Notes: generated by a model not told the origin, from the sequence alone. Positions 20,380-33,450 are shown, numbered from the stretch's first letter. The stretch is 64,000 nucleotides of DNA from Rhodobacterales bacterium (GCA_965217995.1 CBDCKB010000004.1:1937170-2001169), one strand, 5' to 3'. Program-made: numbers and translations.

Positions 20380-22464
20380 CTAGGCCGCCGCGCGGGAACC
20401 GCCGGGGTTCCCCCGCCGGCGCGAGAGATCGGCCATCACCGCACTCGCCCGGGCAATCGGATTGGTCAGATAGAAATCCCCCACCGCACGCCCGAAGGGC
20501 CGCGGATCCATTTCGCCCCCGCTCTCCGCCCGCCACGCCACCGGGGGAACCACACCGGTCTCGGCCAGGCGCGGATGGGATTCGAACAGATGTGCCCGAA
20601 GGGCGGTCAGATCGTCATACGGCAGCGGCGCGCCGAGATGCACGGAGAGCGCCCGCAGAATGCGCCAGTCCTCGCGCGCCTCGCCCGGAGGGAAGGAGGC
20701 GCGGGCCGCGACCTGCGGCCGGCCTTCGAGATTGACAAACAGGCCGGACTGCTCGGTCCAGGCCGCCCCGGGCAGCACCAGATCGGCCCGGCCCGCGCCG
20801 GCATCGCCATGCGATCCCAGATAGATCACGAAACAGTCCCGCAGCGCGTCCATCTCGATCTCGTCGGCCCCGAGCAGGAAGACCGTCTCCAGTGCCCCCT
20901 CGCGGGCCGCGGCAAGAATTCCGGACGTATCCCGTCCCCCTTCCGCCGGGACAAAGCCGGTTTCGAGCCCGCCGGTGACCGCGGCCGAACTGTGCAAAAC
21001 CGAAAACCCGCACCAGTCCTCGCGCACCGCGCCGACCGTCTCGGCCAGCTGCATCGCCGCCGCCAGCACCGCCGCCCCGTCGCTCCGCGCCAGCGCCCCC
21101 TCCCCGACCACCACCAGCGGCCGCTCGGCCGCCGCGAGCCGGGCCCCGAACGGCAATTCCGCCACCCGCGCCAGGGTCTCCGGCCCGGCGCCCAGCCCTT
21201 CGCAGGCATACAGCGCCTCCAGCTCCGGGCCGATCGACGCCACCGCCGCACCGCCGAGCCAGGCCTTGCGGATCCGCGTGTTCAGCACCGGGCATTCCCG
21301 CCGCGGATCGGTGCCGACGAGCAGGATGGCATCCGCCTGGTCGATGCCCGCCACCTGGCTGTTGAACCGCCAGGCGGACGGGTTTTCGGGAGGCAGGCAG
21401 GGGGCATGCTGGCGGCAGTCGCGGCTGGCGACGCCAAGCCCGTCCAGAAGGCCGCGCAGCGCCCACATCGCCTCCACCGAAACCAGATCCCCGGCCAGCG
21501 CGGCCACCGATTCCGGCTTCGCCCCGGCCAGTCTTGCACCCGCGGTCTCGAGCGCCCGATCCCAGCTGCAGGCCTGCAGGCGGCCCTCGCCGCCGCGCAG
21601 ATAGGGCCGGTCCAGCCGCTGGCGGCCGAGCCCGTCCCACACAAAGCGTGTCTTGTCGGAGATCCACTCCTCGTTCAGGGCGTCATGGTTGCGCGGCAGG
21701 ATCCGCATCACCTCGCGGCCGCGCAGATCGACCCGGATGTTGGCACCGAGCGCGTCCATCACATCGATCGTCTCGACCTTGTGCAGCTCCCAGGAACGGG
21801 CGGTAAAGGCATAGGGCCGGGAAGTGAGCGCGCCGACGGGACAGAGATCGATGATGTTCCCCTGCATCTCCGAGGACAGCGAACGCCCCAGATACGGCAC
21901 GATCGCGGCATCCTCGCCCCGACCGACCAGGCCGAGCTCCGGGATGCCGGCGATCTCGGTCAGAAACCGCACACAGCGCGTGCAGTGGATGCAGCGGGTC
22001 ATCTCCGTCTTCACCAGCGGCCCGAGATCGATCGGCTCCGGGGCGCGCTTGGGCTCGCGGTAGCGGGAGAAATCAGCCCCGTAGGCGATGGCCTGGTCCT
22101 GCAGGTCACACTCGCCCCCCTGGTCGCAGATCGGGCAGTCGAGCGGGTGGTTGATGAGCAGAAACTCCATCACCCCCTGCCGGGCGCGGCGGACGGTGTC
22201 GGAGGAGGTGCACAGGGCGGGCGGGGTCTGGTCCGGACCCGGACGCAGATCGCGCACCTGCATGGCGCAGGAAGCCACCGGCTTCAGCCCGCCCACCACC
22301 TCGACCAGACACATCCGGCAATTGCCGGCGATCGACAGCCGCTCGTGGTAGCAGAACCGCGGCATCTCATGCCCGGCCGCCTCGCAGGCCTGCAGGAGGG
22401 TCAGGCTGGAATCGACCTCAATCTCCTCCCCGTCGACGAGGATCCGGCGCAGCGCCGCGGTCAT
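20380..22464 (-). CDS. nuoG: NADH-quinone oxidoreductase subunit G
   Basis: [22 protein letters not shown] and [19 protein letters not shown]; start at ATG 22464. Confidence 0.97.
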   Translation of the reverse strand: MTAALRRILVDGEEIEVDSSLTLLQACEAAGHEMPRFCYHERLSIAGNCRMCLVEVVGGLKPVASCAMQVRDLRPGPDQTPPALCTSSDTVRRARQGVMEFLLINHPLDCPICDQGGECDLQDQAIAYGADFSRYREPKRAPEPIDLGPLVKTEMTRCIHCTRCVRFLTEIAGIPELGLVGRGEDAAIVPYLGRSLSSEMQGNIIDLCPVGALTSRPYAFTARSWELHKVETIDVMDALGANIRVDLRGREVMRILPRNHDALNEEWISDKTRFVWDGLGRQRLDRPYLRGGEGRLQACSWDRALETAGARLAGAKPESVAALAGDLVSVEAMWALRGLLDGLGVASRDCRQHAPCLPPENPSAWRFNSQVAGIDQADAILLVGTDPRRECPVLNTRIRKAWLGGAAVASIGPELEALYACEGLGAGPETLARVAELPFGARLAAAERPLVVVGEGALARSDGAAVLAAAMQLAETVGAVREDWCGFSVLHSSAAVTGGLETGFVPAEGGRDTSGILAAAREGALETVFLLGADEIEMDALRDCFVIYLGSHGDAGAGRADLVLPGAAWTEQSGLFVNLEGRPQVAARASFPPGEAREDWRILRALSVHLGAPLPYDDLTALRAHLFESHPRLAETGVVPPVAWRAESGGEMDPRPFGRAVGDFYLTNPIARASAVMADLSRRRGNPGGSRAAA

Positions 22465-22534
22465 GGTCGGGCCGCCCACCGGCGCACGGCGCCCGACCCC
22501 GCGGGTCTGCCCGGACATCCCCCCGCCATCACGT

Positions 22535-23830
22535 TCAGGCCGCCTTCCGGCGGGTCTTGGTGGACAGGATCCGCTCCTCGATATCGCGCCGGAAATGGCG
22601 GATCAGCCCCTGCACCGGCCAGGCCGCCGCATCGCCCAGGGCGCAGATCGTATGCCCCTCAATCCGCTCCGAGACATCCAGCAACTGGTCGATCTCCCCG
22701 CTTTCGGCCTCGCCGCGGACCATCCGCTCGAGCACCCGCATCATCCAGCCGGTGCCCTCCCGGCAGGGGGTGCACTGGCCGCAGGATTCATGCTTGTAGA
22801 ATTTTGCCAGACGCCAGATCGCCCGGATCATGTCCGTGGACCGGTCCATGACGATGACCGCGGCCGTGCCGAGCGACGAACCCGCCTCCTTCAGCATGTC
22901 AAAATCCATCAGCAGATCGTCACAGCGCTCGGCCGGCAGGCAGGGCACCGAAGATCCCCCGGGAATGACCGCCTTGAGATTGCCCCAGCCGCCGCGCACC
23001 CCCCCGCAATGGCGCTCGATGAGCTCGCGCAGCGGAACCGACATCGCCTCCTCGACCACGCAGGGCTTCTCGACATGGCCGGAGATGGAAAAGATCTTGG
23101 TGCCGCTGTTGTGCGGCCGGCCGATGCCGGCGAACCAGTCCGCCCCCCGGCGGAGGATCTCCGGCACCATGGCGAGAGTCTCGACATTGTTGATCGTCGT
23201 CGGACAGCCATAGAGGCCGACCGTGGCCGGAAAGGGGGGCTTCATCCGCGGCATGCCCTTGCGCCCTTCGAGCGACTCGAGCAGACCGGTCTCCTCGCCG
23301 CAGATATACGCCCCCGCCCCGGCATGCACGAGAAGGTCGAAATCCCAGCCCGAGCCAGCTGCGTCGGGGCCGAGCAGACCGGCTTCGCGGGCTTCCGCGA
23401 CCGCCGCCTCCAACGCCTCCCGCTCGCGGGCGAATTCCCCCCGCACATAGATGTAGCCGGTATGGGCGCCGATCGCGAAACCCGAGATCAGGCAGCCCTC
23501 GATCAGCAGATGCGGCTCATGGCGCAGGATCTCACGATCCTTGCAGGTGCCCGGTTCGGATTCGTCGGCATTGATCACCAGATAGTGCGGGTTCGCTCCG
23601 GGAGGGGTCTCCTTGGGCATGAACGACCATTTCATCCCGGTCGGAAAGCCGGCCCCGCCGCGACCGCGCAATCCGGCATTCTTGATCTCCTCGATCACCG
23701 CCTCACGCCCGCGGGCGAGGATCCCCGCCGTGCCGTCCCAGCCCCCCCGCGCCCGGGCCCCCGCCAGCGAGCGGTCCGCAAACCCGTAGAGGTTGCGGAA
23801 GATCCGGTCGGAATCCGCCAGCCGGCTCAT
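22535..23830 (-). CDS. nuoF: NADH-quinone oxidoreductase subunit F
   Basis: [29 protein letters not shown] and [12 protein letters not shown]; start at ATG 23830. Confidence 0.97.
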   Translation of the reverse strand: MSRLADSDRIFRNLYGFADRSLAGARARGGWDGTAGILARGREAVIEEIKNAGLRGRGGAGFPTGMKWSFMPKETPPGANPHYLVINADESEPGTCKDREILRHEPHLLIEGCLISGFAIGAHTGYIYVRGEFAREREALEAAVAEAREAGLLGPDAAGSGWDFDLLVHAGAGAYICGEETGLLESLEGRKGMPRMKPPFPATVGLYGCPTTINNVETLAMVPEILRRGADWFAGIGRPHNSGTKIFSISGHVEKPCVVEEAMSVPLRELIERHCGGVRGGWGNLKAVIPGGSSVPCLPAERCDDLLMDFDMLKEAGSSLGTAAVIVMDRSTDMIRAIWRLAKFYKHESCGQCTPCREGTGWMMRVLERMVRGEAESGEIDQLLDVSERIEGHTICALGDAAAWPVQGLIRHFRRDIEERILSTKTRRKAA

Positions 23831-24492
23831 TCCCGGCCCTTCCCGAATTCCTCGGCAAACAACTGCCGCGAAGCGTTCTCCGCCGACTCCCGCGGAAGGT
23901 CCTGCAGCACGCAGCCCCCGCCCGCCGGTTCCGACGCGAAACGGCCGGTGGCCGAGCCCGGCCGGGGGCGCTCGCCGCGGCGGAAGGTCGCGAGAATCTC
24001 CCGCAGGGCCTCCGGCGTCAGATCCTCGTAGAAATCCTTGCCGATCTGTACCATCGGAGCGTTCGCGCAGGCCCCCAGGCACTCCACCTCCTCCCACGAG
24101 AAGTCACCCTCCCCGTACAGGGTCTTCGGCTCCGGGCCGAGTTCCCGGCGGCAGAGATCCAGCAGCGCGTCGGAGCCGCAGAGCATGCACGGCGTGGTGC
24201 CGCAGACCTGGAGATGCGCCCGCCGTCCCACCGGGGCGAGATGGAACATCGAGTAGAAACTCGCCACCTCCAGCACCCGGATCGAGGCCATCCCCAGCAT
24301 GCCGCCGACACATTCCATGGCCGCCACCGACAGCCAGCCTTCCTGCTCCTGGGCACGCCAGAGAAGCGGCAGGATCGCGGAGGCCTGCCGGCCCTCCGGA
24401 TACCGGCCGATGCAGGTCTCGGCCCAGGCAAGATTGGCCTCCGTGAAGGCGAACCCGTCCGGCTGGTCCGCGCTGCGGGGGAGCGCGCTCAT
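23827..24492 (-). CDS. nuoE: NADH-quinone oxidoreductase subunit E
   Basis: [11 protein letters not shown] and [10 protein letters not shown] 2Fe-2S motifs. Confidence 0.96.
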   Translation of the reverse strand: MSALPRSADQPDGFAFTEANLAWAETCIGRYPEGRQASAILPLLWRAQEQEGWLSVAAMECVGGMLGMASIRVLEVASFYSMFHLAPVGRRAHLQVCGTTPCMLCGSDALLDLCRRELGPEPKTLYGEGDFSWEEVECLGACANAPMVQIGKDFYEDLTPEALREILATFRRGERPRPGSATGRFASEPAGGGCVLQDLPRESAENASRQLFAEEFGKGRE

Positions 24493-25691
24493 CGATCAAT
24501 CTCTCCGAACACAATGTCGAGCGAACCCAGCACCGCGGAGACATCCGCCAGCATGTGCCCCCGGCACATGCGGTCCATCGCGGCAAGATGCGGATAGCCG
24601 GGAGCCCGGATCTTGGTGCGGTAGGGCCGGTTGCTGCCGTCGGAGACCAGATACACGCCAAATTCCCCCTTCGGGGCCTCGACCGCGGCATAGATCTCCC
24701 CGGCCGGCACGCGGAAACCCTCCGTGTACAGCTTGAAATGCTGGATCAGCGCCTCCATGGAGCGTTTCATCTCGGCCCGGCCCGGCGGCACGATCTTGCT
24801 TTCCGGCGCAACCACCGGACCGTCGGCCGAGGCCAGGGATTCGAGACACTGGAGCATGATCGAGACCGACTGGCGCATCTCCTCCACCCGGCAGAGATAG
24901 CGGTCGTAGCAGTCGCCGTTCCGGCCGACCGGAATCTGGAATTCAAAATCGCTGTACCCCTCATAGGGCTGGGCCCGGCGCAGATCCCAGGGCAGCCCGG
25001 TGCCCCGGAGCATCACGCCCGTAAATCCCCAGGCCTGGGCCTCCTCGGCCGTGACCGTGCCGATATCCACATTGCGCTGCTTGAAGATCCGGTTCTCGGT
25101 CAGCAGCGACTCGATATCGTCCAGCACCGCCGGAAAGGACTCGCACCAGGCCCCGATATCCTCGGCCAGCCCGGGCGGCAGGTCGCGATGGACCCCCCCG
25201 GGACGGAAATAGGCCGCGTGCAGGCGGGCCCCGCAGACGCGCTCGTAGAAGACCATCAGCTTCTCGCGCTCCTCGAAGCCCCAGAGCGGCGGCGTGAGCG
25301 CACCGACATCCAGGGCCTGGGTGGTGACATTCAGAAGATGGCTGAGGATCCGGCCAATCTCGCAATACAGCACCCGGATCCGGGACCCCCGATGCGGCAC
25401 CTCCAGCCCGAGAAGCCCCTCGATGGCCAGACACCAGGCATGCTCCTGGTTCATCGGCGCGACATAGTCGAGCCGGTCGAAATACGGCAGGGCCTGCAGA
25501 TAGGTCTTGGATTCGATCAGCTTCTCGGTGCCCCGATGGAGCAGGCCGATATGCGGGTCCACCCGATCCACGATCTCGCCGTCCAGTTCCAGCACCAGAC
25601 GCAGCACGCCATGGGCGGCCGGATGCTGGGGACCGAAATTCAGGTTGAATTTCCGTTCCCCTGGCGGCCGGACAGCGGTTTCCTCCATCAC
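24489..25691 (-). CDS. nuoD: NADH-quinone oxidoreductase subunit D
   Basis: [15 protein letters not shown] and [13 protein letters not shown]. Confidence 0.97.
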   Translation of the reverse strand: MMEETAVRPPGERKFNLNFGPQHPAAHGVLRLVLELDGEIVDRVDPHIGLLHRGTEKLIESKTYLQALPYFDRLDYVAPMNQEHAWCLAIEGLLGLEVPHRGSRIRVLYCEIGRILSHLLNVTTQALDVGALTPPLWGFEEREKLMVFYERVCGARLHAAYFRPGGVHRDLPPGLAEDIGAWCESFPAVLDDIESLLTENRIFKQRNVDIGTVTAEEAQAWGFTGVMLRGTGLPWDLRRAQPYEGYSDFEFQIPVGRNGDCYDRYLCRVEEMRQSVSIMLQCLESLASADGPVVAPESKIVPPGRAEMKRSMEALIQHFKLYTEGFRVPAGEIYAAVEAPKGEFGVYLVSDGSNRPYRTKIRAPGYPHLAAMDRMCRGHMLADVSAVLGSLDIVFGEIDR

Positions 25692-26293
25692 TCCCGCTCC
25701 CCGTCCCCGGCGTCGCGCACCGCCGCGGCCCCCTCCCAGGGCGAGAGAAAATCATAGTCCCGATACGCCTGCACCAGCCGCACCGGCTCATAGGCGACCC
25801 GGCCGCGCGTCTCGTCATAGCGGAGTTCGACAAAGCCGGTGAGCGGAAAGTCCTTGCGCAGCGGGTGGCCCTGAAAACCGTAATCCGTGAGAATCCGGCG
25901 CAGATCCGGATGGCCGGCGAACTCGATCCCGTACATGTCGAAGACCTCGCGTTCGTACCATTCCGCCGACGGATGCGCATCCACCGCACTCGGCAGGGTC
26001 TCGCCCTCCGGCACCGCGGCCTTCAGGCGAAGACGCGAGGTATACGAGATCGAGAGCAGATGGTAGACGACCTCAAAGCGGGGTTCGCGCCCGGGATAGT
26101 CGACGCCGCAGACATCGATCAGGGTGGTCATGCGAAGCGCGGGGTCATCGCGCAGCCCGACCAGCACCCGGACAATCCCGGCCGGGGCCACCGAGATCGT
26201 CAGCTCGCCATGCGCCTCGGAAATCTGAAGCGCCAGCTCCCCGAGGCACTGCATCGCGGCGGCGCGCAGATCGTCGAGCCGGCGGTCCACCAT
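25688..26293 (-). CDS. nuoC: NADH-quinone oxidoreductase subunit C
   Basis: [11 protein letters not shown]...[23 protein letters not shown]; start at 26293 or 26299. Confidence 0.95.
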   Translation of the reverse strand: MVDRRLDDLRAAAMQCLGELALQISEAHGELTISVAPAGIVRVLVGLRDDPALRMTTLIDVCGVDYPGREPRFEVVYHLLSISYTSRLRLKAAVPEGETLPSAVDAHPSAEWYEREVFDMYGIEFAGHPDLRRILTDYGFQGHPLRKDFPLTGFVELRYDETRGRVAYEPVRLVQAYRDYDFLSPWEGAAAVRDAGDGERE

Positions 26294-26305
26294 CACCAAG
26301 GGGAC

Positions 26306-26854
26306 TTACCGCACCCGTGTGCCGGTACGGCGGATCTTGCGCTGCAGCTGCAGGATGCCATAGAGCAGCGCCTCGGCGGTGGGCGGACAGCCGGGCACAT
26401 AGATGTCCACCGGCACGATCCGGTCACAGCCGCGGACCACCGAGTAGGAATAGTGGTAGTAGCCGCCGCCATTGGCGCAGGAGCCCATCGAGATGACATA
26501 GCGCGGCTCCGGCATCTGGTCATAGACCTTGCGCAGGGCCGGGGCCATCTTGTTCGTCAGTGTGCCGGCGACGATCATGACATCCGACTGGCGCGGGCTC
26601 GCGCGCGGGGCAAAGCCGAAACGTTCCACATCGTAGCGCGGCATCGCCGTGTGGATCATCTCCACCGCGCAGCAGGCAAGGCCGAAGGTCATCCAGAACA
26701 GCGACCCGGTGCGGGCCCACTGGATCAGACTCTCGGACGAGGTGACCAGAAAGCCCTTGTCGGCGAACTCCCCCGACAGCACCCGCAGATCCGCTTCCGA
26801 TCCGGCCGGAATCTCCGCCTCCGTCACTGCCACTCCAGAGCCCCCTTCCGCCAC
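26306..26854 (-). CDS. nuoB: NADH-quinone oxidoreductase subunit B
   Basis: [20 protein letters not shown] and [10 protein letters not shown]. Confidence 0.97.
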   Translation of the reverse strand: MAEGGSGVAVTEAEIPAGSEADLRVLSGEFADKGFLVTSSESLIQWARTGSLFWMTFGLACCAVEMIHTAMPRYDVERFGFAPRASPRQSDVMIVAGTLTNKMAPALRKVYDQMPEPRYVISMGSCANGGGYYHYSYSVVRGCDRIVPVDIYVPGCPPTAEALLYGILQLQRKIRRTGTRVR

Positions 26855-27189
26855 TCATAGGCGAAACCCACCGTGAGAACGGCGAGGAACACCATCATCG
26901 ACCAGAATCCGAAGGCACCGATATCGCGGAAGGCGATGGCCCACGGGAACAGAAACGCCACTTCAAGATCGAAGATGATGAACAGCAGCGCCACCAGGTA
27001 GAAGCGCACATCAAAGCGCATGCGGGCATCATCGAAGGCATTGAAGCCGCATTCGTAGATGGACAGTTTTTCCGGATCCGGATGGCGTACGGCCAGCACG
27101 ACCGCGGCCAGAATCAGCCCCGCCCCGATCGCCACGGCAATGCCGAGAAAGATCAGGATCGGCAGATATTCGCGGAGAAGACTTTCCAT
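26824..27189 (-). CDS. nuoA: NADH-quinone oxidoreductase subunit A
   Basis: [20 protein letters not shown] and [10 protein letters not shown]. Confidence 0.97.
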   Translation of the reverse strand: MESLLREYLPILIFLGIAVAIGAGLILAAVVLAVRHPDPEKLSIYECGFNAFDDARMRFDVRFYLVALLFIIFDLEVAFLFPWAIAFRDIGAFGFWSMMVFLAVLTVGFAYEWRKGALEWQ

Positions 27190-27245
27190 CGATTCCCGCC
27201 TCTACCGCCAAGATCGGGCAAGGCCGAGCGGTCGATCCACAAGGT

Positions 27246-27274
27246 GTTCTATTCGCTGCCGGGGGCCGGGTCAA
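27246..27274 (-). promoter_or_regulatory. Candidate sigma70 promoter of the nuo operon
   Basis: TTGACC-N17-TAGAAC on the minus strand, ~57 nt upstream of nuoA. Confidence 0.55.
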
Positions 27275-27294
27275 GCGACCGCCCGGCGGTGCCA

Positions 27295-27380
27295 GGGCGA
27301 ACTGATGCCGGGCGGCTGTCCGTGCGGCCCTGACCGGAGTTCCGAGGGTTTCCAGCCAACCCGTTCCCGGGAGGGCCGCA
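27295..27380 (+). mobile_element. Decayed IS481 left-end remnant
   Basis: ggctgtccgtgcggccctgaccggag...gttt...caac...tcccgggagggccg aligns with 18003-18068. Confidence 0.65.
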
Positions 27381-27559
27381 CCGACGAGCAAAATCCGGCA
27401 GGCGGCCGCCCGGACCCCTTCCCCGGGGGCCGGCAGGAAGCGTCCGGCCGGGCCGGGGTTCCCGGAGCGCAGAGCCAGGCGCGGGGGCCTCGGGAGCGGA
27501 GACCGGCACGCCCGGGAGACCGGAGGTGCCGGTCCGATATCCCTCCGGAGCCGCGGATC

Positions 27560-27588
27560 TTGACTCGCGGGCGACCGGTTGCAATTCT
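27560..27588 (+). promoter_or_regulatory. Candidate sigma70 promoter upstream of the rpn gene
   Basis: TTGACT-N17-AATTCT. Confidence 0.3.
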
Positions 27589-27860
27589 GTCGGCACGCCT
27601 GTGGCCTGTGGAATGCGGGGATCGATCATGAATTGTCCGACTGCCCGCAGAACCCGTTCTGCCATAACCTCCGCGGCTTCGCGGAGGTGCGGTTCGCTGC
27701 ACGCAACCGCAGCATTTTCCGGACCGGAACCATCACCCGTTACCCGCCGCTGCCTGCTCCCACCAGGGTCGGCAGATTTCAGAAAAACGGTCGGTACGGA
27801 TGTTTCTTCCCGAAACAGACCCACCGAAAAGCCAAGACACAAGACACGGTGGTGTTTCCG

Positions 27861-28988
27861 ATGGGCGCCCAAAAGCAACCCCCCTCCAGCTCGAAGCTAC
27901 CGAACAGGCGACGGCTGGATGGATGCTACAAGAGGATGTTCAGCCATTCGGAGATGGTCCACGACCTGATTGCCGGATTTCTGGTTCCGTCCTGGAGTGA
28001 CAGGCTGGATTTTTCTACGCTGACAAACATGTCAGCCAATTTTGTGAGTCCGGATCTGAGATCTCGTCAGGCTGACAAGGTCTGGCGCATACGCTTTCGT
28101 GACAGCGAGCAAGAGATATTCTTTCTGACTGAATTCCAGGATCGGGACGACCCGCTCATGGCTGCGCGCATGAATACCTATGTCGCGCTGCTGTATGACG
28201 CTATTACCCAGAACCGGGCGAGTGGTCGGCCGCGCGGTGAACTGCCGCGGATATTTCCGGTCGTCCTCTCCAGCAGCCTGGGAAAATGGACCGAAGTGCT
28301 GAATATAGCGGAGATGATCACACCCGGGACGGAAGTGTCGACCTGGAACGGAGAGGTCTGGCTGCTGCCGTCCCTGCAGTATTTTGTGCTTGACTTCTCG
28401 AAACACCCGTGGACAGAATTAGTGCCGGACAACTTGGTGACGTTCCTGATCGGGCTGAATCAAATCCTGATCGAGCTGAATCAAGAACTGCCGTTCCCAG
28501 AGGAACTGCAGCCGGTGGTGATCGGTCTGAACAAACGGTTGCGGAGCATTGGCAATGCCGAACTTGCCAGAACGTTCAGCACCTGGAGCATGGAGGTTCT
28601 AATGAAGGATGATCTGATTGACAGCAATCTGCACCCGCTGGACCAGATGGAGCAGATAGAGGATGCAGTGGTAAACCAGCCGGCCTCGGATTGGGCCAAG
28701 CCGTGGATTTTGGGAATCCATGCGAAAGGCCGCAAGGAAGGCCGCAAGGAAGGCCGAGAGGAAGGCCGAGAGGAAGGCCGAGAGGAAGGCCGCGAAGAAA
28801 TACTGGGCGTCATTCGGGCAAGTCTGTGCCATCAGGCGGCATCAAAATTTGACCCGGAAACCCTCGAACGACTGACCAATCATCTGGATCGGATATCCGA
28901 CCTGAAATCGCTTCTGGAAATTTACGATCGGCTCAGCAAAGGCGAAACCGGCACCGAGTTGCTCAAATGTCTTGATGATCGGTCATAA
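27861..28988 (+). CDS. Rpn family recombination-promoting nuclease / putative transposase (PD-(D/E)XK, Transposase_31-like)
   Basis: DGCYKRMFSHSEMVHDLI, LDFSTL, SPDLRSRQADKVW, LTEFQ, MAARM..YVALLY, LPRIFPVVL and EGREEG repeats before a helical C-terminal domain; start 27861 approximate. Confidence 0.88.
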   Translation: MGAQKQPPSSSKLPNRRRLDGCYKRMFSHSEMVHDLIAGFLVPSWSDRLDFSTLTNMSANFVSPDLRSRQADKVWRIRFRDSEQEIFFLTEFQDRDDPLMAARMNTYVALLYDAITQNRASGRPRGELPRIFPVVLSSSLGKWTEVLNIAEMITPGTEVSTWNGEVWLLPSLQYFVLDFSKHPWTELVPDNLVTFLIGLNQILIELNQELPFPEELQPVVIGLNKRLRSIGNAELARTFSTWSMEVLMKDDLIDSNLHPLDQMEQIEDAVVNQPASDWAKPWILGIHAKGRKEGRKEGREEGREEGREEGREEILGVIRASLCHQAASKFDPETLERLTNHLDRISDLKSLLEIYDRLSKGETGTELLKCLDDRS

Positions 28989-29005
28989 GCAAGAGGATTC
29001 TGAGA

Positions 29006-29416
29006 ATGGATAAACTGGTTGACCGCAATCTGAACCAGATGGACCCGATGGAGGAAGCGGTGGAAAACCAATCGGACTCAGATTGGCTCAAGCCGTGGAT
29101 TTTGGAAATCCATGCGGAAGGCTACAAGGAAGGCTATGCGGTAGGCTATGCGGCAGGCTATGCGGAAGGCTATGCGGAAGGCCGCAAGGAAAGCCACGAG
29201 GAAGGCCGTGCGAAAGACCACGAAGAAGCACTGGCCGCAATTCGGGCAAGACTGTGCCATCAAGCAGCATCGAAATGGGATCCGGAAACCCTCGGACGGC
29301 TGACCAATCATCTGGATCGGATATCCGACCTGGAACCGCTTCTGGATATTCACGAGCGGCTCAGCAAAGGCGAAACCGGTGCCGAGTTGCTCAAATGTCT
29401 TGATGATCGGTCATAA
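29006..29416 (+). CDS. Stand-alone Rpn C-terminal domain protein, copy 1 (DUF4351-like)
   Basis: SDWLKPWILEIH...LCHQAASKWDPETL...LLKCLDDRS nearly matches the Rpn C-terminus; AGAGGA before the ATG. Confidence 0.8.
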   Translation: MDKLVDRNLNQMDPMEEAVENQSDSDWLKPWILEIHAEGYKEGYAVGYAAGYAEGYAEGRKESHEEGRAKDHEEALAAIRARLCHQAASKWDPETLGRLTNHLDRISDLEPLLDIHERLSKGETGAELLKCLDDRS

Positions 29417-29433
29417 GCAAGAGGATTCTGAGA

Positions 29434-29808
29434 ATGGATAAACGGATTGACCGCAATCTGGACCAGATGGAGCAGATGGAACAGATAGAGGAAGCGGTGG
29501 GAAACCAGTCGGACTCAGATTGGCTCAAGCCGTGGATTTTGGAAATCCATGAGGAAGGCCGCAAGGAAGGCTATGCGAAAGGCTGCAAGGAAGGCTATGC
29601 GGAAGGCTGCAAGGAAGTGCGGGACAGAGTGCGAAAGATACTGTGCCATCGGGCGGCATCAAAGTTTGATCCGGAAACCCTCGAACGGCTGGCCAATCAT
29701 CTGGAACAGATATCCGACATGGATTTGCTTCTGGACATTTGCGGGCGGTTCTACGAGAACGAAACAGGTGCCGAGTTGCTCGAATACCTGGATGGCCGGT
29801 CCGGGTAG
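29434..29808 (+). CDS. Stand-alone Rpn C-terminal domain protein, copy 2 (DUF4351-like)
   Basis: Same motifs (LCHRAASKFDPETLERL) with a more diverged tail; identical upstream RBS. Confidence 0.8.
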   Translation: MDKRIDRNLDQMEQMEQIEEAVGNQSDSDWLKPWILEIHEEGRKEGYAKGCKEGYAEGCKEVRDRVRKILCHRAASKFDPETLERLANHLEQISDMDLLLDICGRFYENETGAELLEYLDGRSG

Positions 29809-29880
29809 ATCGGACACGTTCTTTCTTGGATCCTGCCGACGGGACGCATTGCCGACGGACCGACGGACTCCCATTCACCT

Positions 29881-32760
<2,880 letters not shown>

Positions 32761-32911
32761 GAACTACCCCGCTTGCCTGCCCGACCCAGGTCGATGAAAG
32801 TGCTGCTGCCGTGCAGGCTGTGGCACATTGCCGGAAGATTCTATATTGTTATGCGTACCGCGTGATTGTTATGCGCGCCGCATTCCGAGTGTAACCGAAG
32901 GAGGTACTGCT

Positions 32912-33445
32912 ATGGCCGGATCCATCAACAAGGCGATTATCATCGGGAACCTCGGGAACGACCCAGAAATCCGGCATACGCAGGACGGCCGGGCCGTCGC
33001 CAATCTCAGCGTAGCGACCAACGAAAGCTGGAAAGACCGCAGCACGGGCGAGCGGCGGGAACGGACGGAGTGGCATCGGGTTGCGATCTTCGATGAGGGG
33101 CTTGTACGCATCGTCGAGCAATATCTCCACAAGGGGTCGAAGGTATATCTCGAGGGCCAGATCCGTACCCGCAAATGGCAGGACAAAACCGGACAGGATC
33201 GCTACTCCACGGAAATCGTGCTGCAGCGGTTCAACTCGCAGCTGCAGATGCTCGACAGCCGCCGCAACGAGGACGATTACGGGGATGGAGGCCGGAGCGG
33301 AGACGACCACGGCCGACGGGGAGACGACCAGGGGCGGCGCGAAGGCGGCCGTTCGTCGAGACCCGGCGCCGCCGCCGGGTATGACGACAATTTCAGCGAT
33401 CCAAGCGGTGACGGTGACGGCAGCGACGAAGACCCTCCGTTCTAA
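32912..33445 (+). CDS. ssb: Single-stranded DNA-binding protein
   Basis: [25 protein letters not shown], acidic tail DEDPPF; AAGGAGG RBS. Confidence 0.97.
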   Translation: MAGSINKAIIIGNLGNDPEIRHTQDGRAVANLSVATNESWKDRSTGERRERTEWHRVAIFDEGLVRIVEQYLHKGSKVYLEGQIRTRKWQDKTGQDRYSTEIVLQRFNSQLQMLDSRRNEDDYGDGGRSGDDHGRRGDDQGRREGGRSSRPGAAAGYDDNFSDPSGDGDGSDEDPPF

Positions 33446-33450
33446 TCGCG

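Larger units (their letters stand above)
17983..20384. mobile_element. Non-autonomous IS481-derived composite insertion between nuoG and nuoH, carrying DUF1640-like genes
   Basis: CCTAGG at 17983-17988 and 20379-20384; perfect 24 bp inverted repeat tgtccattcggccctgactggaga (18006-18029 vs 20337-20360) inside ~65 bp imperfect terminal repeats; no intact transposase. Confidence 0.8.
28587..29808 (+). repeat. Three tandem homologous ~400-430 bp units (rpn 3' end plus two copies)
   Basis: 62 bp identical junction at 28954-29015 and 29382-29443 (period 428 bp); protein alignment across all three units. Confidence 0.92.

Noticed and set aside
10647-26860. Long + strand ORFs opposite nuo genes (e.g. 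13657-16023, 20137-22851)
   Set aside because: Antisense shadows typical of high-GC coding DNA; the minus strand carries clear Nuo motifs.
27579-27860. 94-aa N-terminal extension of the Rpn ORF
   Set aside because: TTG start, no family motifs, overlaps candidate promoter and hairpins; the family signature begins after 27861.
27861-29808. Rpn locus as a conventional IS element
   Set aside because: No terminal inverted repeats or target duplication found around it; Rpn proteins are not demonstrated transposases.
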